Shown one piece after another: positions 1-9,243 of a stretch of 64,000 bases of DNA. The stretch covers positions 1,969,419-2,033,418 of the forward strand of contig OZ243941.1 of the NCBI GenBank assembly GCA_965214205.1. The letters are read 5' to 3'. The notes under the pieces are model-generated. The model had not been told where the DNA came from and did no database searches. It was given only the letters and a program-made list of their open reading frames with translations. The stretch comes from Candidatus Poriferihabitaceae bacterium (lineage in GTDB: Bacteria; Pseudomonadota; Gammaproteobacteria; Arenicellales; Poriferihabitantaceae). The translations under genes were made by a program, and so were the position numbers. Numbering within the stretch: the first letter of the stretch is position 1; each line of letters begins with the position of its first letter.

Positions 1-9
1 TCTTGCGGC

Positions 10-882
10 TCATAATTGACTGATTCTGGACTCCTTCCCGGCTCTGACCCACAAGTTCAAAAACACGCGACGGGAAAATTTCTTTTCAATCTGGAATCTC
101 GCATCTGTGCCTATCTGCTTCAACTGATTGCCTCCCTTGCCGATAATGATAGATTTCTGGCTGTTCTTCCCGACTCGTATCACTGCGTCTATACAGAGAA
201 TGTCGCGCTCATTAATGTCGAATCGGGCCACTTCTATGACCACCTCATAAGGCAACTCCTCTCTCAGCTGGATAAAAATCTGCTCCCGGATCAGTTCCGC
301 AGCTATGAAACGGTCAGAACAATCAGTGACCTGGTTTTCCGGGAAGCCGCAGGGGCCATCGGGCAAGTGGCGGGCAACCAATGCCAGAAAAGCGTCCTTG
401 TCATCCAGTCTCAATGCGGACAAGGGGATAATTTCCCGGAAGTCATGAATTTGCCCGGATTCGCGCATGATCGGCAACAATCGGGATTTATCCTTCAGCC
501 GGTCGATTTTATTGATGATCAGAATAACCGGAGTATTACCGGACTTTACTGGCTCAAAAACTCTGAGCAACTCCTGACTCCAGCCGCGATAATCAATCAT
601 GAAAAGTATGAGATCGACATCCTCCACGGCGCTTATTGCGACCCGGTTGATCTGCCTGTTGAGATTTTTATGCTGGCTATCGTGCAGTCCGGGCGTATCG
701 ACAAAAGCGATTTGGTAATCCGGGGTGGTTGTGATACCGAGAATCCGGTGCCATGTGGTTTGCGGGCGGCGGGAGATAATCGAGATTTTCTGTCCGACAA
801 TGTGATTCAGCAAGGTTGATTTCCCGGCGTTGGGCGGGCCAATCAACGCGGCAAAACCGAATTTGTGGTTATCAGTCATCAC
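10..882 (-). CDS. era: GTPase Era
   Basis: 290-aa ORF. It has a G1 motif GPPNAGKST and DTPG, and sits in the conserved era-rnc-lepB-lepA neighbourhood. Confidence 0.95.
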   Translation of the reverse strand: MMTDNHKFGFAALIGPPNAGKSTLLNHIVGQKISIISRRPQTTWHRILGITTTPDYQIAFVDTPGLHDSQHKNLNRQINRVAISAVEDVDLILFMIDYRGWSQELLRVFEPVKSGNTPVILIINKIDRLKDKSRLLPIMRESGQIHDFREIIPLSALRLDDKDAFLALVARHLPDGPCGFPENQVTDCSDRFIAAELIREQIFIQLREELPYEVVIEVARFDINERDILCIDAVIRVGKNSQKSIIIGKGGNQLKQIGTDARFQIEKKFSRRVFLNLWVRAGKESRISQL

Positions 883-1579
883 AACCGGGGTTGTTCAGCA
901 CAGCCAGCGCCTGCTCGGCTGCGGCCTGTTCTGCGGCTTTGCGACTTCTGGCACGAGCAATGAACATGCGCTCGATTCCGGGTACTGTACAGGAAACCTC
1001 GAAGGTCAATTTATGCGCCTCACCGTCTTGCCCGAGAACCTGGTAGACAGGCAACGGGCTCTCATCCTTCTGCAACCTCTCTTGCAATCGGGTTTTGCTG
1101 TCCTTGAGATCATGCGGTTGAATGTCCTTCAGCAATGTTTGGTACATTCCATTAAGGAACTGATTGACCGGTTCCATGCCTCCATCCAGATAAATAGCGC
1201 CGACGACCGCCTCGAAAGCGTCCGCCAGGGCGGAAACTCGGTTGCGCCCTTTGTTTTTCAGCTCTCCGCTGGCCATGATCAAATAACGATCCAGGCTCAA
1301 TTCCCGCGCCAGGGAAGCCAATGTGGTATTGCGGACCAGCCGCGCCCTCATCGCGGTCAGGTCACCTTCATTCGACCGCGGGAAAAGCCGGTACAGTGAT
1401 TGCGATATAAAGAACCCGAGAATGCTGTCACCAAGATATTCCAGGCGCTGATTGTTCGGCAGCCCCATGTTGCTGCGGTGCGACAAGGCCAGATAAAGCA
1501 GGTCTCGATCACGGAAGCGATAGTCGAGCGCCTGTTCCACCTCGTCGATGTCAATCCCGTTGGTAGTCAAACGATCCAC
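872..1579 (-). CDS. rnc: Ribonuclease III
   Basis: It carries the signature NQRLEYLGDS and a C-terminal dsRBD-like tail. It overlaps the era start by 11 nt. Confidence 0.95.
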   Translation of the reverse strand: MDRLTTNGIDIDEVEQALDYRFRDRDLLYLALSHRSNMGLPNNQRLEYLGDSILGFFISQSLYRLFPRSNEGDLTAMRARLVRNTTLASLARELSLDRYLIMASGELKNKGRNRVSALADAFEAVVGAIYLDGGMEPVNQFLNGMYQTLLKDIQPHDLKDSKTRLQERLQKDESPLPVYQVLGQDGEAHKLTFEVSCTVPGIERMFIARARSRKAAEQAAAEQALAVLNNPGCDD

Positions 1580-1594
1580 CCGCGTCGAATGGGT

Positions 1595-2350
1595 TTATTC
1601 GATTGTGTCGCCGATGCGGCTCCACTCCACGCCGCCTCCGCTGGCGCTTTTCCAACTGAACCAGATGAAAAAGGCCTCACCGACCACATTCTCTTCCGGC
1701 ACAAAACCCCAATACCGGCTGTCATTGCTGTGGTCCCGGTTATCCCCCATCACGAAATAATGCCCGGCAGGGACATTGACCTCTTCAAGATTGCGCGTAA
1801 AACCCTGATCATCCAGTATGATGAGGTGCTCATCGCCGTCAATCGTTTCCACCAGTTGACCCGCCGATGTGCCTTTCAACTTGTCCTGTACATAAGCGTA
1901 GCGACCATCATCGCGTGTATCCACTGGCTCGCCGTTAATGGTCAGTCTCTTGTCTATATAGGAGAGCGTGTCGCCCGGTATGCCAACCACCCGCTTGATA
2001 AAATTCAATTTCGGGTTCTGAGGGTATCGAAACACGATCACGTCTCCACGATCCGGGCTGTCAATCGGAATGACTTTCATATTGACTACTGGCAGGCGGA
2101 TTCCATATTTGAACTTGTTGACCAGAATGAAATCCCCGATATGCAGGCCGGGCAGCATGGAGCCTGACGGAATCCGGAACGGCTCGATCACAAATGAGCG
2201 CAAGACGAAAACAAACAGGATAACCGGGAACAGCGCCCTGGCATATTCCACTATAATCGACTTCCTTCGCTTGCGGCTCAGTAATTTTGCAAGCAACAGA
2301 ACGCCCCCGGTAACCAACAACGCGATAAACAGTACGAGCGAAAAATCCAT
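1595..2350 (-). CDS. lepB: Signal peptidase I
   Basis: N-terminal TM segment, catalytic SGSMLP motif and GDNRDHSNDSRYWGFV box. Confidence 0.93.
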   Translation of the reverse strand: MDFSLVLFIALLVTGGVLLLAKLLSRKRRKSIIVEYARALFPVILFVFVLRSFVIEPFRIPSGSMLPGLHIGDFILVNKFKYGIRLPVVNMKVIPIDSPDRGDVIVFRYPQNPKLNFIKRVVGIPGDTLSYIDKRLTINGEPVDTRDDGRYAYVQDKLKGTSAGQLVETIDGDEHLIILDDQGFTRNLEEVNVPAGHYFVMGDNRDHSNDSRYWGFVPEENVVGEAFFIWFSWKSASGGGVEWSRIGDTIE

Positions 2351-2414
2351 ACAACCCCTTTGAGTTTAAATTTGAATTAGAACCTGGATTAAATGGGGAC
2401 GATTCTACCCCATA

Positions 2415-4241
2415 TCAGTCCCGACTGACTTTCAGTACGGAAAGAAAAGCCTCCTGTGGGATTTCAACCGAGCCGATCTGCTTCATCCGCTTCTTCCCCG
2501 CCTTTTGTTTTTCCAGCAACTTTCTCTTGCGCGTCACGTCGCCACCATAGCATTTTGCGGTGACATTCTTTCTCAGGGCCTTTACGGTTTCCCGGGCGAT
2601 GATGCGAGTACCGATCGACGCCTGGATCGCCACATCGAACATTTGCCTCGGAATCAGTCCGCGCAGGCGTTTGACCAGTTCGCGGGCGCGGTATTGGCTT
2701 TGGTCCCTGTGCACAAGAACCGCCAGCGGCCCCACTTTCTCGCTATTGATCAGGATATCCACTTTCACCATATCAGCGGGCCGACTGTCGACAAACTCAT
2801 AATCCAGCGAACCGTAACCCCGGCTCACCGATTTCAGCCGATCAAAAAAGTCCATGACGATTTCGGTCAAGGGCATCTCGAATTCGATCATCACCTGACG
2901 CCCGTGATATTGAATGTTTTTCTGTATTCCCCGTTTTTCTACACACAGCGTGATGACCGCGCCGACATAATCGTGCGGCGCCAGTATCCGGGCAATAATG
3001 AATGGTTCCCGCACTGTTTCAATAAAGGATGGATCCGGCAGATCAGCCGGATTGTCAATCAATATGGTTTCCCCGTTTTTTTTCAACACCTCATAAACCA
3101 CGGTCGGCGCGGTGGTGATCAGATCCAGTCGATACTCCCGTTCGAGACGCTCCTGGACGATCTCCATGTGCAACATACCCAGGAAACCACATCGGAAACC
3201 AAATCCGAGCGCTTGTGAGGATTCCGGCTCGAAAGACAGGGAGGCATCATTCAGGCTGAGTTTGTTCAGGGCCACCCGGAAAGCCTCGAAATCGGCGCCG
3301 TTGACCGGATACAGTCCCGCGAACACGGTTGGCTGGACCTCCTTGAAACCCGGTAAGGGGGATTTCGCCGGCCGGTTGCCCAACGTGATGGTATCGCCGA
3401 CCCTGGCTGACCGGATTTCCTTCAGGCCGGCGGTCAGATAGCCAACATTACCGACACTTAGAGATTCAACATGAACCGGTTTCGGGGTGAACACCCCGAT
3501 GTTTTCAACCTGGAACTCGCGTCCGGACGACATCATTCTGATCTTGTTTTTGCCGGTCGCCATCCGCCCCTGCATGATCCGTATCAAGACCACCACGCCG
3601 AGATAATTGTCGAACCAGGAGTCGAGAATGAGGGCGCTGAGCGGAGCATCCACAGAACCCGCGGGAGGGGGCAGCGACAACACAACCCGCTCGAGTATCT
3701 CCTCAACCCCCTGTCCGGTTTTCGCGCTGACCGACAAGGCGCCGCTGCTGTCGATGCCGATGACATCTTCAATTTCCTGAATCACCCGGTCCGGCTCCGC
3801 AGATGGCAGGTCAATTTTATTGAGCACGGGAATGACTGTCAGCCCGAGATCAACCGCGGCGTAGCAGTTTGCCACGGTTTGCGCCTCCACGCCCTGAGCG
3901 GCATCCACCACCAGCAACGCCCCTTCGCAAGCGTTCAGCGAACGGGACACTTCATAGGAAAAATCAACATGGCCCGGAGTGTCGATCAGATTCAACTGAT
4001 ACCGATGACCATCACGGGCGATATAATCCAGGGTGACACTTTGCGCCTTTATGGTAATCCCCCGCTCTCGCTCCAGATCCATAGAATCCAGCACCTGTTC
4101 CTTCATCTCACGTTTTTCCAGGCCGCCGCAAAACTGGATGAAACGGTCAGCCAGAGTCGACTTGCCGTGATCTACATGGGCGATAATCGAAAAGTTCCGA
4201 ATACGGGCGGGATCGTAATTATGGGAAATCGGTTCAGGCAT
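2415..4241 (-). CDS. lepA: Elongation factor 4 (LepA)
   Basis: [20 protein letters not shown] and DTPGHVDF GTPase motifs. The ORF is open to 4328, but the conserved N-terminus starts at the ATG at 4241 ([17 protein letters not shown]). Confidence 0.93.
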   Translation of the reverse strand: MPEPISHNYDPARIRNFSIIAHVDHGKSTLADRFIQFCGGLEKREMKEQVLDSMDLERERGITIKAQSVTLDYIARDGHRYQLNLIDTPGHVDFSYEVSRSLNACEGALLVVDAAQGVEAQTVANCYAAVDLGLTVIPVLNKIDLPSAEPDRVIQEIEDVIGIDSSGALSVSAKTGQGVEEILERVVLSLPPPAGSVDAPLSALILDSWFDNYLGVVVLIRIMQGRMATGKNKIRMMSSGREFQVENIGVFTPKPVHVESLSVGNVGYLTAGLKEIRSARVGDTITLGNRPAKSPLPGFKEVQPTVFAGLYPVNGADFEAFRVALNKLSLNDASLSFEPESSQALGFGFRCGFLGMLHMEIVQERLEREYRLDLITTAPTVVYEVLKKNGETILIDNPADLPDPSFIETVREPFIIARILAPHDYVGAVITLCVEKRGIQKNIQYHGRQVMIEFEMPLTEIVMDFFDRLKSVSRGYGSLDYEFVDSRPADMVKVDILINSEKVGPLAVLVHRDQSQYRARELVKRLRGLIPRQMFDVAIQASIGTRIIARETVKALRKNVTAKCYGGDVTRKRKLLEKQKAGKKRMKQIGSVEIPQEAFLSVLKVSRD

Positions 4242-4437
4242 CACTGCGTCACATTGATTCGGGTTGACAGGGTTTCGGGAAGTCTGGTCATCAGGTCGGG
4301 CGGATTGCCCGCGGATGAAACTTGTCATTCGTCAATCGAACCGGGTATTTTACCGTAGACCTCGGATAAAATATCAAATACCGGACGATTACCGTCCCGA
4401 CTCCGATTAAACGACAAAATCCAGGAGAAACATTAAA

Positions 4438-5139
4438 GTGGAATCCCTGTCTGGCGCGACACTGGAAGCATTCTCACTGCTGTTGAGCGGTGACCGGGAG
4501 CTGTGGGAGATTATCGGGATCTCATTTCGCGTATCCGGTACCGCCATCGTGATTGCTTGTCCGTTTGCATTGTTCGTCGCCTTTGCCCTTGCCTATTTCA
4601 CCTTCCCCGGACGACGGCTGATTATATCACTGTCCAACACTTTCCTCGCATTCCCCGCCGTCGTGGTTGGTCTGGTTCTATACCTTCTGCTTTCAAGACA
4701 AGGGCCCCTCGGAGATTGGAAATTGCTGTTTACGCAAACGGCGATGGTACTGGCGCAAATCATCCTTTGTTTGCCGATACTGATTTCAATGAGTCATTCA
4801 GCCTTTCAGGCGATTGATGTCAGAGCTTGGGAAACAGCTCGAACTATGGGATGTAAACCATTGGTATCATTTATTCTCGTTTCCAATGAAGCCAAGTTTG
4901 GATTGCTGGCCGCAATGCTCGCCGGGTTCGGGCGAATCATAGCGGAAGTGGGCGCCTCCATGATGGTCGGCGGCAACATCCTGCATCATACCCGCAACAT
5001 TCCAACCGCGATCGCGCTTGAAACCACCAAAGGCAATTTTTCCCAGGGCATAGCGCTGGGCATCGTTCTGGTGGTACTGGCCTTTTTATTGAATTTGCTC
5101 CTGCATTATTTTCAGGGCCGGGGTAAACTGTCGATATGA
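4438..5139 (+). CDS. ABC transporter permease, tungstate/oxyanion TupB-like
   Basis: GTG start preceded by AGGAGA. The protein is multi-TM with an MVGGNILHHTRNIPTAIALETTKGNF segment typical of COG4662-type permeases. It overlaps the downstream ATPase gene. Confidence 0.7.
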   Translation: MESLSGATLEAFSLLLSGDRELWEIIGISFRVSGTAIVIACPFALFVAFALAYFTFPGRRLIISLSNTFLAFPAVVVGLVLYLLLSRQGPLGDWKLLFTQTAMVLAQIILCLPILISMSHSAFQAIDVRAWETARTMGCKPLVSFILVSNEAKFGLLAAMLAGFGRIIAEVGASMMVGGNILHHTRNIPTAIALETTKGNFSQGIALGIVLVVLAFLLNLLLHYFQGRGKLSI

Positions 5140-5861
5140 TTGATCATCCAATAATACACTTCACGAAAATATCGAAAGCGTTTTCCCGCGCGAAAATCCT
5201 GACTGATGTCACGGTCACGATTCACGGCGGCCGAATTTACCTGCTGTCTGGCGAAAATGGGGCGGGCAAGACCACATTGCTGAAGATACTTTCCGGATTG
5301 CTCACTCCAGATCACGGCTTGGTGGATTTCGGATTTCACAGCAAGTCAATCAGGCAAGGCAGAAAGGAATTGTTGCGCTATCTCATGTACATGCACCAGA
5401 CTCCTTATATGTTCGAGGGCAGTGTATCCAGAAATCTGTCTGTCGCCCTCAAACCTTTCCGGGCTTCAGGGCATGGGGAGCGGAATATCAACGACGCATT
5501 GCAATGGGCCATGCTGTCGAAACACAAATCGGCGCCGGCGAAATCCCTTTCCGGCGGCCAGCAGCAACGGGTCGCGCTGGCCCGCGCCTGGCTTCGACAA
5601 TCCCCGTTCCTGTTGCTGGACGAACCGGTGGCCAATATGGACCTCCCCTCCGCGCTGCGGACGCTTGAGCTTTTGCAACGTCTGAAAGAAGCCGGCACAG
5701 GTATCGTGATCAGCAGCCACAATTTCCAGTTTTTTAACGAACATGTCGATCAGCGCCTGGTTTTATCGGATGGCAGATTAACCAACGCTGAAGACCTTGA
5801 CTACAGCGGGAATGTGACCCCCATTCACCGGGATAACAGTGTCAAATCAAATTCCGGCTGA
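5136..5861 (+). CDS. ABC transporter ATP-binding protein
   Basis: Walker A GENGAGKTT, signature LSGGQQQRVALARA and Walker B LLLDEP. Confidence 0.85.
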   Translation: MIDHPIIHFTKISKAFSRAKILTDVTVTIHGGRIYLLSGENGAGKTTLLKILSGLLTPDHGLVDFGFHSKSIRQGRKELLRYLMYMHQTPYMFEGSVSRNLSVALKPFRASGHGERNINDALQWAMLSKHKSAPAKSLSGGQQQRVALARAWLRQSPFLLLDEPVANMDLPSALRTLELLQRLKEAGTGIVISSHNFQFFNEHVDQRLVLSDGRLTNAEDLDYSGNVTPIHRDNSVKSNSG

Positions 5862-6495
5862 GCGGCCGGATCATCTGACGGCGCTCATTCTGGCTGGTGG
5901 CCGGGCCAGGAGAATGCAGGGCCGGGACAAAGGCTTGCTGATGCTGGGCGATCAGACCATGATCGGACTGATCCTCACACAATTAACGCCTCAATGTGAA
6001 AACATCCTGATCAATGCCAATCGGAATCTTCCCGAATATCGGCAATACGGCTATGCCGTGGTTCCGGATCAGCATCCGGATTTCCAGGGGCCGCTGGCGG
6101 GAATGTATTCAGGCCTGAGCCATATCACGACTGACTGGATGATTACGATACCGTGCGACGGACCGATTCTGGCGGCGGACTATTGCCGGAGGATGATGGC
6201 GGCGGCGACCCAGGGAGACCGCAAAATCGCGGTAGCCCGGCTGCAGGACCGAATCCAGCCGGTATACGCGCTGCTTCACCGTTCCCTTACGGACAGCCTG
6301 GCTGCCTGCCTGCGCTCAGAGGAAAGAAAAATCGACCGCTGGTATCAACGGCATGGTTTTTGTACGGTCGATTTTTCCGACCATCCGGACATGTTCGAAA
6401 ACATCAACACCCCGGAACAATTACTCGCCGTTTCAGCCAGAATCCACGCCGGGGCCGGCGCAGACCGGGGAAAAAAGTCGCGAGATACCCTTTGA
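5839..6495 (+). CDS. mobA: Molybdenum cofactor guanylyltransferase MobA
   Basis: N-terminal LILAGGRARRMQGRDKGLL motif and C-terminal NINTPEQL. The last ~20 residues look like read-through into a gene remnant on the opposite strand. Confidence 0.85.
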   Translation: MSNQIPAERPDHLTALILAGGRARRMQGRDKGLLMLGDQTMIGLILTQLTPQCENILINANRNLPEYRQYGYAVVPDQHPDFQGPLAGMYSGLSHITTDWMITIPCDGPILAADYCRRMMAAATQGDRKIAVARLQDRIQPVYALLHRSLTDSLAACLRSEERKIDRWYQRHGFCTVDFSDHPDMFENINTPEQLLAVSARIHAGAGADRGKKSRDTL

Positions 6496-6602
6496 GTGAC
6501 CGGAGCCGGAACCGTCACGCACAGCATGTGTATGCAACTGTGCATTCTCATCAGGCGATAGCGCCGCTCCCAATCCAGTGAAAGCGTGACCTCCTCTCCC
6601 AC
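6464..6602 (-). pseudogene. Remnant of an AlaX-like (alanyl/threonyl-tRNA synthetase editing-domain) gene
   Basis: The 85-aa ORF reads VTLSLDWERRYRLMRMHSCIHMLC..PVT, matching the internal DW.RR..MR.H..H.L metal-binding region of AlaX-type proteins. N- and C-terminal parts are absent. It is wedged between the oxidoreductase stop (6616) and the mobA 3' end, which it overlaps. Confidence 0.35.
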
Positions 6603-6615
6603 CGCCGGCAGACTG

Positions 6616-7566
6616 TTACACGGACTGGGAAATTCTCGTTCTCACCATCTCCGCCACCTCGACCGCGATCAGGCCGTCTTCGCCGCTGACCAGAGGGCGT
6701 CGATCATGGTTGACACAATCAATGAAGTGAGCCAACTCGACATTCAGGGGTTGTTGGGGAGAGACCGGAATATCACGGCGCACCAGTTCCGGGAAGCTAC
6801 TGCCTTTCTTTTTCCTTCCCGTCCTGACTTCGGATAACTGCTGGGTCAGAAAATTCAATCCCAGATAGCGATCCTCGGAAAACATCCGAATCCGGCGAAA
6901 TCGCTGAGTCGATACCCGGCTGGAAGTGACATTGGCAACCGCTCCGTTTTCAAATTCCAGACGCGCGTTGGCGATATCGACATGATCGGTCACAACCGGC
7001 GTGCCGGTGGCTGAAACGGATTTCAATCCCGACTGGATCAACGACAACACAATATCAATATCGTGGATCATCAGGTCGGTAACCACATCGACATCGGTTG
7101 CGCGTTCACTGAATTCCCCCAGCCGATGGACTTCGATAAACCGGGGTTGTTGCGCCAGTTCCGCTATTTTCATGACCCCTGCGTTGAAGCGCTCCAGATG
7201 GCCGATCTGCAATATACCCCCGGACGCTTCCGCCATCCGGACAATCCGGGCGCTTTCCTCCACAGTCGGAGCGACCGGCTTTTCGAGCAGGGTATGGATG
7301 CCGGCTTCGAGGAAAGGACGCGCGACCGGCAAGTGGGCGCTGGTCGGAACTACAATGCTGACCGCGTCAATCCGCCCCAGAACCTCCGCAGCGTCAGTCA
7401 ACGCCTGACAGTCACAATCCTGCGCGACAGACCGTGCCACGGTCGCATCGGTATCCACCACCGCAATGAGGTCTACATGATCCATTCCCTGATAAATTCT
7501 GGCATGGATTCGACCCAGATACCCTACTCCGATCACCGCGACCCTGATCTTCCTGTTAGTATTCAA
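6616..7566 (-). CDS. Gfo/Idh/MocA family NAD(P)-dependent oxidoreductase
   Basis: N-terminal Rossmann motif RVAVIGVGYLGRIHA, an EKP motif (LLEKPVA) and 316-aa length. Confidence 0.85.
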   Translation of the reverse strand: MNTNRKIRVAVIGVGYLGRIHARIYQGMDHVDLIAVVDTDATVARSVAQDCDCQALTDAAEVLGRIDAVSIVVPTSAHLPVARPFLEAGIHTLLEKPVAPTVEESARIVRMAEASGGILQIGHLERFNAGVMKIAELAQQPRFIEVHRLGEFSERATDVDVVTDLMIHDIDIVLSLIQSGLKSVSATGTPVVTDHVDIANARLEFENGAVANVTSSRVSTQRFRRIRMFSEDRYLGLNFLTQQLSEVRTGRKKKGSSFPELVRRDIPVSPQQPLNVELAHFIDCVNHDRRPLVSGEDGLIAVEVAEMVRTRISQSV

Positions 7567-7567
7567 T

Positions 7568-7595
7568 TTGACAGTTCAGTTATATATGGTAGAAA
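7568..7595 (+). promoter_or_regulatory. Candidate sigma70 promoter for the SDR gene
   Basis: TTGACA (7568-7573), a 16-nt spacer, then TGgTAGAAA (-10 at 7590-7595). This lies ~35 nt upstream of the ATG at 7629. Confidence 0.35.
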
Positions 7596-7628
7596 TAGCG
7601 GGAATGCCTGATTTTACGCAGAAAACAA

Positions 7629-8456
7629 ATGAATAAAAACAATCCGGTTCTGATTACCGGCTGTTCGACCGGCATTGGCCGTTGTCTGGCTTTGGGCTTG
7701 CAGGCCCGGGGCTACCATGTCATAGCCAGTTGCCGCAACCCGGATGACCTGCCTGATCTGGCTGAATCCGGACTGGACGCGGTTATACTCGACCTGGATG
7801 ATTCCGACTCCATCGAAAGCGGCCTCGCCAGGACCCTCGAACTGACGGACGGCAAGCTGTTCGGATTAATCAATAACGGCGCTTATGGACAACCAGGCGC
7901 GGTTGAGGACCTGACCCGGACCAGTTTGCGGGACCAGTTTGAAACCAATGTTTTCGGGACCCAGGAACTCACCAACCGAGTAATCCCGGTCATGCGACGG
8001 GAGAATACCGGCAGAATCATACAGATCAGCTCGATCCTCGGCTTTGTCTGCCTGAAATACCGCGGCGCCTACAATGCCAGCAAGTATGCCCTGGAAGGAT
8101 TGACCGACACCATGCGCCTGGAACTGGCCGGATCCGGGATCGAATTGAGCTTGATTGAACCCGGTCCGATCACCAGTGAATTCAGGGTCAATTCCCTGCA
8201 AAAGTTTATCGAACACATTGATCGAAGCCGCAGCGCCTACCAGGCAGAATACCAGGAACTCGAAAAACGCCTGAAGAGCGACCAGCCGACCCGTTACACG
8301 CTGCCGCCCGAAGCGGTGTTGGAAGCCACCATCCAGGCGCTGGAAAGCCGCCGTCCCAGAATCCGCTATCGGGTAACGACACCGACGAAAGTACTGGCGG
8401 TACTGAAACGTATCCTGACCGACCGGATGCTGGACAACTACCTGCTCAAACGCTGA
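7629..8456 (+). CDS. Short-chain dehydrogenase/reductase (SDR)
   Basis: TGCSTGIG cofactor motif, NNG, and catalytic YNASK (YxxxK). Confidence 0.87.
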   Translation: MNKNNPVLITGCSTGIGRCLALGLQARGYHVIASCRNPDDLPDLAESGLDAVILDLDDSDSIESGLARTLELTDGKLFGLINNGAYGQPGAVEDLTRTSLRDQFETNVFGTQELTNRVIPVMRRENTGRIIQISSILGFVCLKYRGAYNASKYALEGLTDTMRLELAGSGIELSLIEPGPITSEFRVNSLQKFIEHIDRSRSAYQAEYQELEKRLKSDQPTRYTLPPEAVLEATIQALESRRPRIRYRVTTPTKVLAVLKRILTDRMLDNYLLKR

Positions 8457-8482
8457 TCAGCCGGATCTGTTTCCGTTCCCGG

Positions 8483-8968
8483 TTACAGCAACGCCATGAT
8501 GGTTTCGGCGTCACTCACTTCAAGCTCCGGGCCGGATGACTCGACATTCAAATGAGTGACCACCCCGTCTTCAGCAATCAGCGCATAGCGTTGCGAGCGA
8601 ATACCGAAGTTGCGTGCAGTGAGATCCAGTTCAAGACCCAGCGCTTCCGTAAACGACCCACTTCCATCCGCCAGCATCAAAATGTGGTCCTCGACGTTTT
8701 GCGACTTACCCCACGCGTCCATCACAAAGACATCATTCATAGACAAACAGGCGACCGTATCCACGCCTTTCGCCTTGATCGCGTCGTGGTGAACCACATA
8801 CCCCGGCAAGTGGGCCGCGTTGCAGGTCGGCGTAAACGCGCCAGGCAGCGCGAACAGAACCACTTTTTTCTCGGCGAATATCTCATCGGTCGTGATGTCT
8901 TTCGGCCCGTCGGCGGTCATCGTGGAAAGTGATATATTGGGAATCCGATCCCCGATTTTTATGGTCAT
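8483..8968 (-). CDS. Peroxiredoxin (Prx5-type)
   Basis: LPGAFTPTC peroxidatic-Cys motif, 161 aa. Confidence 0.9.
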   Translation of the reverse strand: MTIKIGDRIPNISLSTMTADGPKDITTDEIFAEKKVVLFALPGAFTPTCNAAHLPGYVVHHDAIKAKGVDTVACLSMNDVFVMDAWGKSQNVEDHILMLADGSGSFTEALGLELDLTARNFGIRSQRYALIAEDGVVTHLNVESSGPELEVSDAETIMALL

Positions 8969-9165
8969 GGAAAACGCCTCATCTGATTGTGAATAAATAA
9001 TCTTCGCGTGGTATGCGACTTCCGGGGATTATACACATCATCATCCATTTTTCCCTGCCCCGTACAGAAAAGTCCTTTCTGCCAATCGCGAGCCGCCTGT
9101 TGATGTTCTCGACGGCTCAAATCAGGTTTTGCTTTTGGATGTATCTGGACAAAACCTATACAATA

Positions 9166-9190
9166 TATGTGGTGCAAATTGCACTACATA
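9166..9190. promoter_or_regulatory. 25-bp near-perfect palindrome (candidate operator)
   Basis: TATGTGGTGCAA-A-TTGCACTACATA has 11 of 12 arm positions complementary. It sits ~55 nt upstream of the M24 gene ATG, in the intergenic region shared divergently with the peroxiredoxin gene. Confidence 0.4.
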
Positions 9191-9243
9191 TCAAGGACGG
9201 GACTTCTACACGCAACACGAATTTACACAACCACCAAAGCGCG

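Noticed and set aside
16-819. 267-aa plus-strand ORF antisense to era. Similar long antisense ORFs occur at 13447-14088, 18221-19243, 21823-22416, 27030-27842, 44097-44828 and 61576-62109.
   Set aside because: Each lies entirely inside a well-supported conserved gene on the opposite strand. Their composition is low-complexity and Arg/Pro/Gly-rich, as expected of shadow ORFs in GC-rich DNA, and none has a recognisable motif.
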